DNA of 64,000 nucleotides from an uncultured Methylococcus sp. (GTDB lineage Bacteria > Pseudomonadota > Gammaproteobacteria > Methylococcales > Methylococcaceae). The DNA lies in NCBI GenBank assembly GCA_903835265.1, contig CAILMG010000176.1, positions 19,283 through 83,282 of the forward strand. Reading direction: 5' to 3'. Under the pieces are notes generated by a model. That model saw only the letters and a program-made list of their open reading frames with translations, was not told the origin of the DNA and did not search any database. Below, piece after piece: positions 37,586 through 47,021 of this stretch; the first letter of the stretch is position 1, and every line of letters begins with the position of its first letter. A program made the position numbers and the translations under genes.

Positions 37586-39009
37586 GAGGTCTTCTCGACG
37601 TTAAGAGTATCGTTGAGCCGCCGGGGCTTGCTGTAAATGGCAAGAGAAAAACTGGTGGCGCTGATCAGCGTGATGAGACCGCGCACAGGGTCGCTATTAA
37701 AGTTGCTGCTGAAGCCCCAGATCAGGATCATCGTCAGGGATGATAGGCAGAAAATCACCCAATCCCTTGGGGGAGATCGTCCTTGGATCGCCCTGATGAG
37801 CGAATGGGCCATCAGCACAAGACCGATCAGAATAATGAGAAAACCGATCAGTCCTGATCTCACGATGATTTCGGCATAGCCGTTATGGAAGTGCGCTAAC
37901 CAACGGTGGGTCACCGGGGTCATCAGGCGCTCATCGCCAGAAGAGGCGATTAAGGATCGGCTAGAGAGCGGCCCCCAGCCAAAAAAAGGCTTCTCTTTAA
38001 TGACCCGAAAAGCCTCCTGCAGCACCGCCCAGCGGAGATTCAAAGAGGACTCGACAGCGCGCGGGCTGTTGACAGTGGCTGCGCTCGACACGATCTCCTT
38101 GAGACTGGATGTATCCGGCTCTATTCGTTGCCAGATGGCCTCATGATTGATCGCGAGGCCCTCAACGATCAGGAACAAGGTGGCGATTTGAAGGCCCATT
38201 TTCAGTCGCCGGGATCCTTCTTGAGAGGGCCTTTTCTGGTCTTGGATCCAGAGAGCGAGTGGAATGACGATCGCGCAAACCAGATAGGTCGCTCGCGACT
38301 GACTGGCCATCAGCATAAAGGTAGAAAGGTAAAGAGCGACCCCCCACAAGGCGGTCTTGATTGCTCGCCAAAGCGGGTTTCTGGACCCCTTTTCGAGAAT
38401 CAGGGGGCCAAAAATCAGAAGCCCCAAAATGGCGGTTGCCGCAATGAGGCCGGTTGTGGGTGCGGTCAGATGAAAACCGGTCTGAAGGTCGTTTTTGAAA
38501 AGGAGGATGGACTTCAGGGGGGTTGTTTTGAACAGGCCGGTGAAAAAACCGGCAAGGGCGGCTCCGAGGAGAACGGCGATGCGAAAGGGCTTTCCGGCGA
38601 GCCCATCGGCCAGCGGGACGAAACCTAAGAGGAGTAACAGCCAGCGAGCGGTATCCAAGGCGCGTTCGCCGGGGAGGCTGAAAGGGGGAACTTCCCGGGT
38701 GAGGGCATCAAGGACCAGGAGGGCCGCGAGCATCAGGCAGCCAGCGATGATGGTTTGGCCGCCGAGACGATAAGCTTTGAGATAGCTTTGAGGGCGGGCG
38801 GCGATGAATAAAACGATCAGGTCCGTAGAAAGATCGGGTAGCGAGCACGCGAGGTAGCCGAAAATCGCGATGAGGCTGAGTCTCAGGAGCTCATGCAGGC
38901 GGTCTAACATGGATGGCCTTGGGTCCCGGGGTCTTGAATGGCCGTCCCCCGCCGGTGAGCAAGGGGCAACCCAGTGGTTTGCCGCAGAAGGCGTTGACAC
39001 GGTCATCAC
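37582..39009 (-). CDS. O-antigen ligase/polymerase family (Wzy_C domain) membrane protein
   Basis: 475 aa, polytopic. The characteristic loop is ...AHFHNGYAEIIVRSGLIGFL.... The start is GTG 39009 or ATG 39006 (AGAGG upstream), with an alternative Met at 38910. Confidence 0.75.
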   Translation of the reverse strand: MMTVSTPSAANHWVAPCSPAGDGHSRPRDPRPSMLDRLHELLRLSLIAIFGYLACSLPDLSTDLIVLFIAARPQSYLKAYRLGGQTIIAGCLMLAALLVLDALTREVPPFSLPGERALDTARWLLLLLGFVPLADGLAGKPFRIAVLLGAALAGFFTGLFKTTPLKSILLFKNDLQTGFHLTAPTTGLIAATAILGLLIFGPLILEKGSRNPLWRAIKTALWGVALYLSTFMLMASQSRATYLVCAIVIPLALWIQDQKRPSQEGSRRLKMGLQIATLFLIVEGLAINHEAIWQRIEPDTSSLKEIVSSAATVNSPRAVESSLNLRWAVLQEAFRVIKEKPFFGWGPLSSRSLIASSGDERLMTPVTHRWLAHFHNGYAEIIVRSGLIGFLIILIGLVLMAHSLIRAIQGRSPPRDWVIFCLSSLTMILIWGFSSNFNSDPVRGLITLISATSFSLAIYSKPRRLNDTLNVEKTS

Positions 39010-39157
39010 GCCTCTATCATTGGGCGGATTATCCCATTTTTGAGCGAGATAAGGCGACTTGATAGGGTTCTTCGTGGGTCTGATGAGATGTGGCGTGGCT
39101 TGGGGTTGAGAGGTTCTTTGAAGGGATTCTTTGCATCCATGGCAGTGTTTCGCTAAC

Positions 39158-39182
39158 CTAGAATTCCGTCAACTAGAATTCC
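39158..39182 (+). repeat. Direct repeat CTAGAATTCC x2 (15-bp period), ending 6 nt before the start codon of the CNNM/TlyC-type gene
   Basis: Copies lie at 39158-39167 and 39173-39182. There is no purine-rich SD between the repeat and ATG 39189. Confidence 0.7.
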
Positions 39183-39188
39183 CCCTTA

Positions 39189-40487
39189 ATGGACGTTCTT
39201 ATATTAGTGGGCTTGTTCATTCTGAACGGGCTCTTTGCGATGTCTGAAATCGCAATGCTCTCCGCCCGAAAGATGCGTTTGCAGCAATCGGTCGAGGAGA
39301 ACGTACCTGGAGCCAAAGCGGCTCTAGATCTTGCCAACGAGCCAAGCCACTTCCTTTCTACCATTCAGGTCGGCATCACCCTGATTGGGATCATGAGTGG
39401 GGCTCTTGGGGAGGCGGCCTTATCGCATCATCTGGTGGCTTATCTTGAGGCAGTCCCTCTCCTGGCGCCCTATAGCGAGGGACTTTCCCTCGCCCTGGTG
39501 GTCATCCTGATTACCTATTTCTCGTTGATTATCGGTGAATTGGTGCCGAAGCGTCTTGCTTTACTGCAATCAGAGCGCATCGCCATGATTATGGCGCCGC
39601 CGATGCGGTTTTTGTCGCTTCTGGCTTATCCCTTGGTCAAGCTGTTAAGTTGGTCGACGGATATTGTGCTCTTTGTCCTTCGGGTCAAAAAAGCGGATGA
39701 ACCCTTAGTGACGGAGAAGGAAATTCGCCTGATGATTGATCAAGGAACCGAGGCGGGTGTTTTCCATAAAGGCGAAAAGGAATTGGTCTCCAATGTGATG
39801 CGTCTTGATGCTCTCAAGGTAGGCGCTATCATGACGCCAAGAATGGATGTCTATTACCTTGATACCGCGATCCCTCTCGAGGAGAACCGTCGCCGCTTGA
39901 TTGAGAGTGCCCATTCGGTGATCCCCGTTTGCCGGAATGGTCTTGATAATGTCCTTGGGGTCGTTGAGGCCAAGAGCCTGATGCGTTTGGCGTTGTCCGG
40001 AGAGGATCTGCGGTTAAATGCGGCCATTCGCCCGGCGAATTACATTCCGAAGTCGCTGACGGCCGTCCAGCTGCTGGAGGAATTTCGTCGCTCCAAAATC
40101 TCCTTGGCGTTGGTGGTGGATGAATACGGTGAATTGGCTGGATTGGCCACCTTAAAGGATGTGCTGGAGGCCATTGTTGGGGATATCCCTTCGGAAGAAG
40201 CCTGGGAGGATGAACCTGGGGCTAGTCAGCGCGAAGACGGGTCTTGGCTAGTGGACGGTACCTTGACGATCGAGAAGTTCACGCAGCTTCTCGCGGTCGA
40301 GCAATTGCCGGAGGCAGGGGATGGAAATTTCCACACCGTCGGGGGATTTGTGATGCAGCAGTTGGGTCATGTGCCTAAAGCCAGCGATCATTTCAGTTGG
40401 GGCGGCCTTTACTTCGAAGTGGTCGACATGGACCGTAATCGGGTCGATAAGATTTTGGTGTCAACGCGACCAGAGGAAAAGACCTGA
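39189..40487 (+). CDS. CNNM/CorB/TlyC-family protein (DUF21 TM domain + CBS pair + CorC_HlyC)
   Basis: 432 aa. The N-terminus is ...LNGLFAMSEIAMLSARK, with the CBS region and the C-terminal transporter-associated domain following. Confidence 0.85.
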   Translation: MDVLILVGLFILNGLFAMSEIAMLSARKMRLQQSVEENVPGAKAALDLANEPSHFLSTIQVGITLIGIMSGALGEAALSHHLVAYLEAVPLLAPYSEGLSLALVVILITYFSLIIGELVPKRLALLQSERIAMIMAPPMRFLSLLAYPLVKLLSWSTDIVLFVLRVKKADEPLVTEKEIRLMIDQGTEAGVFHKGEKELVSNVMRLDALKVGAIMTPRMDVYYLDTAIPLEENRRRLIESAHSVIPVCRNGLDNVLGVVEAKSLMRLALSGEDLRLNAAIRPANYIPKSLTAVQLLEEFRRSKISLALVVDEYGELAGLATLKDVLEAIVGDIPSEEAWEDEPGASQREDGSWLVDGTLTIEKFTQLLAVEQLPEAGDGNFHTVGGFVMQQLGHVPKASDHFSWGGLYFEVVDMDRNRVDKILVSTRPEEKT

Positions 40488-40555
40488 ACGACCTCGTTGG
40501 TCAATTTCAGGGCCAGCGACACCGCCAGAAAACTCAATCATTGAGGGAATATTCG

Positions 40556-40918
40556 ATGAAAGTCTCAACCGAAAGCCGTGATGGCCAGACCGTTCTGGTG
40601 GTCGGTGAGGAGCGGCTGGATGCCAATAATTCTGCCGAGTTACGGGATGAGATCCTGCCCCTTTTCGAGGCGGGTGGGCAGCGGGTTATTGTTGATCTGA
40701 GCGGTGTCAGTTTCATTGATAGTTCAGGTCTTGGAGCCCTTTTGTCGGGTTACAAAAATGCAAATCTCAGATCCGGCTCACTGCTCCTTGCGGGCCTTCA
40801 GCCCCGAGTCCAGTCGATGTTTGAATTGACCCGCCTGCATCGGGTCTTCCCTATTTTTCCAACGGTGGCTGCGGCCTTGGCCGGTGTCCCAGAGGAGGAG
40901 GCCGATGATGTCCAGTAG
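40556..40918 (+). CDS. STAS-domain anti-sigma-factor antagonist (SpoIIAA/RsbV-like)
   Basis: The phosphorylatable Ser context is VSFIDSSGLGALL. ATG 40556 has GAGGG 8 nt upstream. Confidence 0.85.
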   Translation: MKVSTESRDGQTVLVVGEERLDANNSAELRDEILPLFEAGGQRVIVDLSGVSFIDSSGLGALLSGYKNANLRSGSLLLAGLQPRVQSMFELTRLHRVFPIFPTVAAALAGVPEEEADDVQ

Positions 40919-41339
40919 CGATGATATCCATGTCGACATTGTCGTCCCCAACAAGAAACGCTATCTCAGCCTCATCGGCAATATTGCGGAGGAGGTCGCT
41001 CGGGCGCTTGATCATTATGCCGGCGATCGAGAGGCTTTGGCCTACCACCTCAATGTGGTGCTGACGGAGGCGATGGTCAATGCCATCGAGCATTCGACCG
41101 CAGAAGATGTCGAACAAACGGTTCGGGTGTGTATCTTTATCGAGCAGGATGACCTTTGTGTCAGGGTCTATGATCATGGTCAGGGCTTCGATATTGAGAC
41201 GATTCCAGACCCAGATAATGAGCGCCTTTCTGAGCGTGGTCGGGGTATCTTTCTGATTCGAACCCTGATGGATGAGGTGACTTATTGTCGTCATGAGGAT
41301 GGCAATATCTTGGAAATGCATAAGCGACTGGTCGGGTGA
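40905..41339 (+). CDS. RsbW/SpoIIAB-like anti-sigma factor serine kinase (HATPase_c)
   Basis: The N-box is EAMVNAIEHS, G1 is DHGQGFD and G2 is GRGIFLIR. The ATG ATG at 40905 follows GAGGAGGAGG and overlaps the STAS gene end by 14 nt. Confidence 0.8.
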   Translation: MMSSSDDIHVDIVVPNKKRYLSLIGNIAEEVARALDHYAGDREALAYHLNVVLTEAMVNAIEHSTAEDVEQTVRVCIFIEQDDLCVRVYDHGQGFDIETIPDPDNERLSERGRGIFLIRTLMDEVTYCRHEDGNILEMHKRLVG

Positions 41340-41438
41340 TCGAACCGGATTTATGGTCTTGGGTGGTTGGCCGCCTGAACCAATGCCGTTCTCTTAAGGT
41401 CCTATTGCCTTTATTCCCTGCCCTTGGAAGCAAGCACC

Positions 41439-43484
41439 ATGTCTAATCCACTCCTTGGCGTCGCGCCGCTCCCCCCTTTTTCTAAAATCAAGCCGAGTGA
41501 CGTTGTTCCCGCCATCACGGCCCTTCTTGAGGACAGTCGTGCCTCGATTGACCGACTGCTTCAGGAGGGCGGTCCCAGTACTTGGGCAACCCTGGTCGTG
41601 CCACTCGAAGACATCGATGATCGATTAAATCGGGTGTGGTCACCAGTGAGCCATCTCAATGCGGTCGCTAACAGTGATGAGATGCGCGAAGCCTATAATC
41701 ATTGTTTGCCTCTTCTGAGTGAGTACGCCACCGAGGTGGGTCAGAACGATCGCCTTTTTAAGGCCTATCGTGATATGAGAGAAGGGTCTGACTTTGAGTC
41801 GCTTGAGCCGGCTCAACAAAAAATCATTGAAAATTCCCTTCGCGACTTTCGATTATCAGGCGTTGACTTGCCCGCCAAAAAGAAAGACCGTTTCAAGGCG
41901 ATCGCCCTTGAGCTTTCAAACCTGGGTAGTACGTTTCAAGATCATGTGTTGGACGCGACCATGGGCTTTCATCGTCACCTTGAGGAGGTGTCAATGCTCG
42001 CCGGCATTCCGGAAGCTGCCCGAGAAGCGGCCCGGCAAAAGGCGGCCTCCATGGAGCTTCCGGGCTGGGTTTTTACCCTCGATTTCCCATCCTATATAGC
42101 GATCATGACGCACGCCGATTCACGTGAACTCCGGCGAGAGTTTTATACGGCCTATGCCACCAGAGCCTCGGATCAGGGCCCCGGCGCGGGGCAGTGGGAT
42201 AACGGCGAGGTCATGGAGAAGATCCTGGCGCTGCGTCACGAGGAGGCTCAGCTTCTTGGGTACGATAATTTCGCTGAATTATCGCTGGCGACGAAGATGG
42301 CTCCTTCGACTGATCGCGTGATTGATTTTCTGGAGCATCTCGCCGAGTGTTCGATGGTCTCTGCGAAGAAAGATCTTGAGGAACTTCGCCAGTTTGCAAC
42401 GTCCACCTTGGGGATCGATCAGCCCGATGCTTGGGATTGGACCTATGTTTCTGAAAAACTGAGACAGAGCCGGTATGACCTCTCCGACCAAGAGGTGCGG
42501 GCCTATTTTCCGGCGCCGAAGGTGGTTGAGGGTCTCTTTGCTGTGGTCAAACGGCTTTTTGGATTGGATATCGAGCGTCGAATGGGCGTCGATGTCTGGC
42601 ATCCCGATGTGGCCTACTATGAGATCAAAGATCGTGATGGGGTCCTCCGAGGCGGGTTCTATCTGGACCTTTATGCGCGAACTAAAAAACGAGGGGGTGC
42701 CTGGATGGACGTCTGTGTGAGTCGGCGCCGTCTCCGAGGTGGGGTCCAGTTGCCGGTCGCATACCTCACCTGTAATTTCACGCCCCCATCAGCGGGAAGC
42801 CCTGCCCTATTAAGCCATGATGAGGTACAAACGCTCTTTCATGAGTTTGGCCATGGTCTTCAGCATATGATGACCCGGGTCGATCACTTGGGCGTTTCAG
42901 GGATTCATGGCGTGGAATGGGACGCCGTCGAGCTGCCCAGTCAATTTATGGAAAACTTTTGCTGGGAGCCTGAAGCGTTGGTCCTTATTTCATCGCATCA
43001 CCAGAGCGGCGAGCCTTTGCCGCCTGATCTCTTGAAGAAGATGCTGGATGCCAGGAACTTCCAGTCAGGGATGCAGATGCTGCGGCAGATTGAGTTTGCA
43101 TTGTTCGACTTTCGATTACATCGAGAATTGCATCCCGATCAAAGCGGTTCGATCTATGAGCTTCTTGAGTCGGTTCGAGCCAAAGTCGCTGTGGTGAGGC
43201 CGCCGTCATTTAATCGCTTTCCGCACAGCTTTTCCCATATTTTCGCAGGAGGGTATGCGGCGGGCTATTTTAGCTACAAGTGGGCGGAGGTTCTTTCCAG
43301 TGACGCCTTTTCCTTGTTTGAGGAAAAGGGGGTATTTGATCCTGAGACGGGGCGTCTTTTTCTTGAAACCATCCTCGAAACGGGGGGGAGCCAGAAGGCG
43401 ATGGATCTTTTCGTTGCCTTTAGGGGGCGCGAACCGACCGTGGATGCATTGCTTCGCCATAGCGGCCTCGCGCAGGCGGCTTAA
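41439..43484 (+). CDS. prlC: Oligopeptidase A (M3 family)
   Basis: The zinc motif is HEFGHGLQH, with full-length similarity to PrlC. The start MSNPLL... is taken at 41439. Confidence 0.9.
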   Translation: MSNPLLGVAPLPPFSKIKPSDVVPAITALLEDSRASIDRLLQEGGPSTWATLVVPLEDIDDRLNRVWSPVSHLNAVANSDEMREAYNHCLPLLSEYATEVGQNDRLFKAYRDMREGSDFESLEPAQQKIIENSLRDFRLSGVDLPAKKKDRFKAIALELSNLGSTFQDHVLDATMGFHRHLEEVSMLAGIPEAAREAARQKAASMELPGWVFTLDFPSYIAIMTHADSRELRREFYTAYATRASDQGPGAGQWDNGEVMEKILALRHEEAQLLGYDNFAELSLATKMAPSTDRVIDFLEHLAECSMVSAKKDLEELRQFATSTLGIDQPDAWDWTYVSEKLRQSRYDLSDQEVRAYFPAPKVVEGLFAVVKRLFGLDIERRMGVDVWHPDVAYYEIKDRDGVLRGGFYLDLYARTKKRGGAWMDVCVSRRRLRGGVQLPVAYLTCNFTPPSAGSPALLSHDEVQTLFHEFGHGLQHMMTRVDHLGVSGIHGVEWDAVELPSQFMENFCWEPEALVLISSHHQSGEPLPPDLLKKMLDARNFQSGMQMLRQIEFALFDFRLHRELHPDQSGSIYELLESVRAKVAVVRPPSFNRFPHSFSHIFAGGYAAGYFSYKWAEVLSSDAFSLFEEKGVFDPETGRLFLETILETGGSQKAMDLFVAFRGREPTVDALLRHSGLAQAA

Positions 43485-43622
43485 GAGCCGTTCCTTAACC
43501 CTTTAGCTGGAGGCTGTTTTTAGGGTCCAAAGAGTCTTTCATGCTCTGTGTCAGATCATTGCGCCAATTGAATGAAGCGACCTGTGCTACATTATTGGGT
43601 TAATTTGAGCGGAGAGCCCCCT

Positions 43623-44042
43623 ATGAAGGCGCGCGTTAAATGGATTGAAAACGGTCTCTATCTGGCGGAATCCGGCAGTGGACATACCGTGGTGATGGAT
43701 GGCCCGCCCGAGTCAGGGGGGAGGAATCTTGGCGTCCGCCCGATGGAAATGCTGCTCATGGGCATGGGGGGTTGTGCCAGTTTCGATGTGGTTCACATTC
43801 TGAAAAAGGGGCGCCATCAGGTGACTCATTGTGAGGCTATACTCGAGGCGGAGCGTGCGCTTGAGGATCCGAAGGTTTTCACCCGGATTCATCTTCATTT
43901 TGTGATCAGCGGCCTCGACCTTCCTGAGGCTCAGGTTGAGCGGGCGGTTCGGCTTTCTGCCGAAAAGTATTGTTCGGCCTCGATTATGCTGGGAAAAACA
44001 GCAACGATCACGCATGATTTTGAAGTGGTGAAGTCGGTCTGA
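43623..44042 (+). CDS. OsmC-family peroxiredoxin-like protein
   Basis: About 139 aa from ATG 43623 (GGAGAG upstream). The two conserved Cys lie in GMGGCASFD and KYCSAS. Confidence 0.8.
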   Translation: MKARVKWIENGLYLAESGSGHTVVMDGPPESGGRNLGVRPMEMLLMGMGGCASFDVVHILKKGRHQVTHCEAILEAERALEDPKVFTRIHLHFVISGLDLPEAQVERAVRLSAEKYCSASIMLGKTATITHDFEVVKSV

Positions 44043-44066
44043 TCGAGCGGGGCTTGAAATCTGAAT

Positions 44067-44096
44067 TCGACCTCATCGGGTCGATCTGTTTTTTCT
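44067..44096 (+). terminator. Rho-independent terminator after the OsmC-family gene
   Basis: TCGACC-tcatcg-GGTCGA followed by TCTGTTTTTTC. Confidence 0.7.
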
Positions 44097-44147
44097 TTGA
44101 CTGACTGGCTCACCAAAAAAAGCAGCGGTCTTCATCGGGGTATGTAA

Positions 44148-44957
44148 ATGGGAATGGAAATTGAAAAGATCCAACTTCACGGCTTCAACAATCTGACCAA
44201 GTCGTTAAGTTTCAATATTTACGATATCTGCTATGCCAAAACAGAACAGCAGCAACGGCGCTATATCGAATACATCGATGAAATGTATAACGCGGAGCGA
44301 CTGACCCAGATCTTGACCGATGTTAACGCCATTATTGGTGCGCAGATTCTGAATATCGCCCGTCAGGACTATGAACCGCAGGGCGCCAGCGTCACCATGC
44401 TGATCTCAGAGGGGAACGAGGCGCCATCGCTGGTCGGGAATATGGAAGAGCCAGGTCCGATGCCGGACTCCGTGGTAGCTCATCTCAATAAGAGCCATAT
44501 CACGGTCCATACTTACCCAGAAAGTCATCCCTACGGGGGTATCAGTACCTTCAGGGCGGACATTGATGTCTCGACCTGCGGCCGGATCTCACCCTTGAAG
44601 GCCCTTAATTATCTGATTCATAGCTTTGAATCGGATATCGTGATCATGGATTACCGCGTTCGTGGCTTTACTCGAGATATCAGTGGCCAAAAGCATTACA
44701 TTGATCATGAGATCACCTCGATCCAGAACTACATCTCTGATTTGACGGCAGAGCGCTATCAGATGATTGATGTCAATGTGTATCAAGAAAACATCTTCCA
44801 CACCAAGATGATTTTGAAGGATTTTGCGCTCGACAATTACCTCTTTGATACCGATAAGGATGCACTGACCTCCGATGAGCGTGCGGCTATCGGTCGTCAA
44901 CTCAAGCATGAGATGGCTGAAATCTTCTACGGCAGAAATTACAAACTGCGCCGCTAA
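44148..44957 (+). CDS. speD: S-adenosylmethionine decarboxylase proenzyme (E. coli SpeD type)
   Basis: [22 protein letters not shown] and [17 protein letters not shown] are nearly identical to E. coli SpeD. The self-cleavage site context is HLNK|[10 protein letters not shown]. Confidence 0.92.
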   Translation: MGMEIEKIQLHGFNNLTKSLSFNIYDICYAKTEQQQRRYIEYIDEMYNAERLTQILTDVNAIIGAQILNIARQDYEPQGASVTMLISEGNEAPSLVGNMEEPGPMPDSVVAHLNKSHITVHTYPESHPYGGISTFRADIDVSTCGRISPLKALNYLIHSFESDIVIMDYRVRGFTRDISGQKHYIDHEITSIQNYISDLTAERYQMIDVNVYQENIFHTKMILKDFALDNYLFDTDKDALTSDERAAIGRQLKHEMAEIFYGRNYKLRR

Positions 44958-45125
44958 TGGGGACTGTGTGACCCTGGGTGTGTGCGATCGCTTCATCAAT
45001 GAATACCCTAAATGGCTTGGCGCCAAGAGCCCCCTGTTTGTTGATCCTCAGGGCATGAGCAATAACGACGGACCTTGAGCATCAAAGGATTCAGTTCAAG
45101 CCTTAGCCGCACCTCTCGAGGGCGG

Positions 45126-47021
45126 ATGGCGCTCTTGGTTGGCCCTTTGTTCGCCCTCTTGGCGCTCTTGCTCAACGCCCCCATCCAGGCCTCAGAACCC
45201 CTTCATATCGCGGTGGCACGAGGCGCTGGTGATAGTGAGGTCGCGGTTCGTGAATGGTCTTGGGTCGTTCGAGGCGGCGGAGTCCAGGTCGAGGTTTGGG
45301 ATCCGGCCTCAGAGGCTCCTCTTCCTAAGGCCGATCTCCTGATTGTCGACGCGGTCGCCTTGCCGCCATCGAGCGTCTTTGGTCTTAAAGCGTGGGTCCG
45401 GGCCGGTGGTCTTTTATTGTTGGCTTCTGGCCCTGAGTTCGAAGCCTCCAAAAATCATGGGGTGTATCCATCCATGGACCCTGAGCTCTCGGGGGTCTCC
45501 AAGGAACAGATGGATCCGGGGCTTTTGGGGCTTTATCCTCGATTGGTCCAGAGTTCACCCCTCTTAAGTCCCCTCGTAGCGGGTGATGGCCTTCGGCTTG
45601 GAAAGAAAGGCTTAGGACATCACGTGGCCTTCAAAGCCATTAATCCTTCGGAAGTCCTCGCCGAAAGCGCCGAACTTCATCTCTCGGACGTGGGGCTGGT
45701 GGTCCCCAAAACCCCTCCTACACTGGTCTTGCATCCCCTTCAAAAGGGGCAGGTCCTCTTTGTTGGGTTTTCACTCGCGGATGTCGCGGCATGCTACCCC
45801 TCGCTGGCATCTAAAGGGGCAGCCCTTGATTGCAGTGGGGCCACGAGCGCTCATGCCTTGATGCGCTGGCTGACGGCTAATCTACTCTTTGAATTCCGTC
45901 ATCAGCAGATTCCCTTATTGTTCGAAGCACCAGGCGATCAACCGCACGCTGTGATCATGACCGGTGACGTCCACGATCCACGGTCCGGGGTTCCCGATAC
46001 CGTGACCTGGCCACTGGTGCAGTTGACGGAGCGTTTGGGGATCCCCTTTTCGCTCTATATCGATGGGGCGGTGGGCCGCTCATCACCCGAGTTGATGGCT
46101 CATCTTCATCCGGAAGCTCAAGAGATTGAACTATCGACCCACAATCTCAAGGGCAAGGTGATGCTGGCGAAAAAGTATTGGTTTAAGCGTTTGGGAATGT
46201 TGTATGACCTCCTGAGGTCTCAATCCTTACTCGGGATTGGTTTTTATCCCTTTCAGCGTCAGAGCCTCCTCTCGATCAGAAGTCATGGTTGGATTTCTGA
46301 TCGCACCGCTTGGTGGGCTTATCAAAAAGCCGGTATTGGCCTTGTTTTCGATCACGTCGGCGACAGCATGAATACGGCAACCCCCTGGCGACTCACCCCT
46401 GGCTGGTTTGATGCGCCGCCTGAAACAAGGCTGTTTGTTCCGATCTTTGAACACAGCATCAAGACGGCGAAGGATGACTTTAGCTTGGATTCTGAGACGG
46501 CGCTCGATATCGCCAGTCTCGCCTCGCCCCAGGCTGAACCTGTTCGTCAAATCATTCGCTATGATCGCTATAGCCACTATGTGGAACAATGGCATCGGGT
46601 CTTTGGGCGTTTATCCTCCATGGGGGGGCTCACCGAGGTTTGGCTTTGGCATCCAGAAGGTGTCGCCGCCCATGAGGCCTTAGGGGAGGTTGAAAAAACC
46701 TTAAAGGGATTCAAAGAGGAAGCAGACGTTTCTTTCCAAAGAGGCGATGTCCTTGCCAATTGGCGCGCCAACCGGGAACGGATGCGCATTAAAGCGTCTT
46801 GGGGCTCTTCCGGTTCTTTGGAAAATATGGTGCTTGAGCCGCCACTAAGTCCGCTTTGGCCGTTGCCAAAGGGTTCTCCTTTGGCCGCCCATACGATCGG
46901 TTATTGGGTCTTGGGTGAAGCAAAGATCGAAGGCTGGTCGAGCCGAATGGTTCGGGATCCTTATGATCGAACGGTGACGATCCTGACTCATCAACTGGAC
47001 GTTCAGGATCAGGCCCGGTGA
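45126..47021 (+). CDS. Secreted hypothetical protein (about 631 aa). The C-terminal half is faintly NodB/CE4-like.
   Basis: The Sec signal is MALLVGPLFALLALLLNAPIQA|SEP from ATG 45126. The layout ...HAVIMTGDVHD...GIPFSLYIDG...EIELSTHN... is reminiscent of polysaccharide-deacetylase folds but lacks clear canonical motifs. Confidence 0.55.
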   Translation: MALLVGPLFALLALLLNAPIQASEPLHIAVARGAGDSEVAVREWSWVVRGGGVQVEVWDPASEAPLPKADLLIVDAVALPPSSVFGLKAWVRAGGLLLLASGPEFEASKNHGVYPSMDPELSGVSKEQMDPGLLGLYPRLVQSSPLLSPLVAGDGLRLGKKGLGHHVAFKAINPSEVLAESAELHLSDVGLVVPKTPPTLVLHPLQKGQVLFVGFSLADVAACYPSLASKGAALDCSGATSAHALMRWLTANLLFEFRHQQIPLLFEAPGDQPHAVIMTGDVHDPRSGVPDTVTWPLVQLTERLGIPFSLYIDGAVGRSSPELMAHLHPEAQEIELSTHNLKGKVMLAKKYWFKRLGMLYDLLRSQSLLGIGFYPFQRQSLLSIRSHGWISDRTAWWAYQKAGIGLVFDHVGDSMNTATPWRLTPGWFDAPPETRLFVPIFEHSIKTAKDDFSLDSETALDIASLASPQAEPVRQIIRYDRYSHYVEQWHRVFGRLSSMGGLTEVWLWHPEGVAAHEALGEVEKTLKGFKEEADVSFQRGDVLANWRANRERMRIKASWGSSGSLENMVLEPPLSPLWPLPKGSPLAAHTIGYWVLGEAKIEGWSSRMVRDPYDRTVTILTHQLDVQDQAR

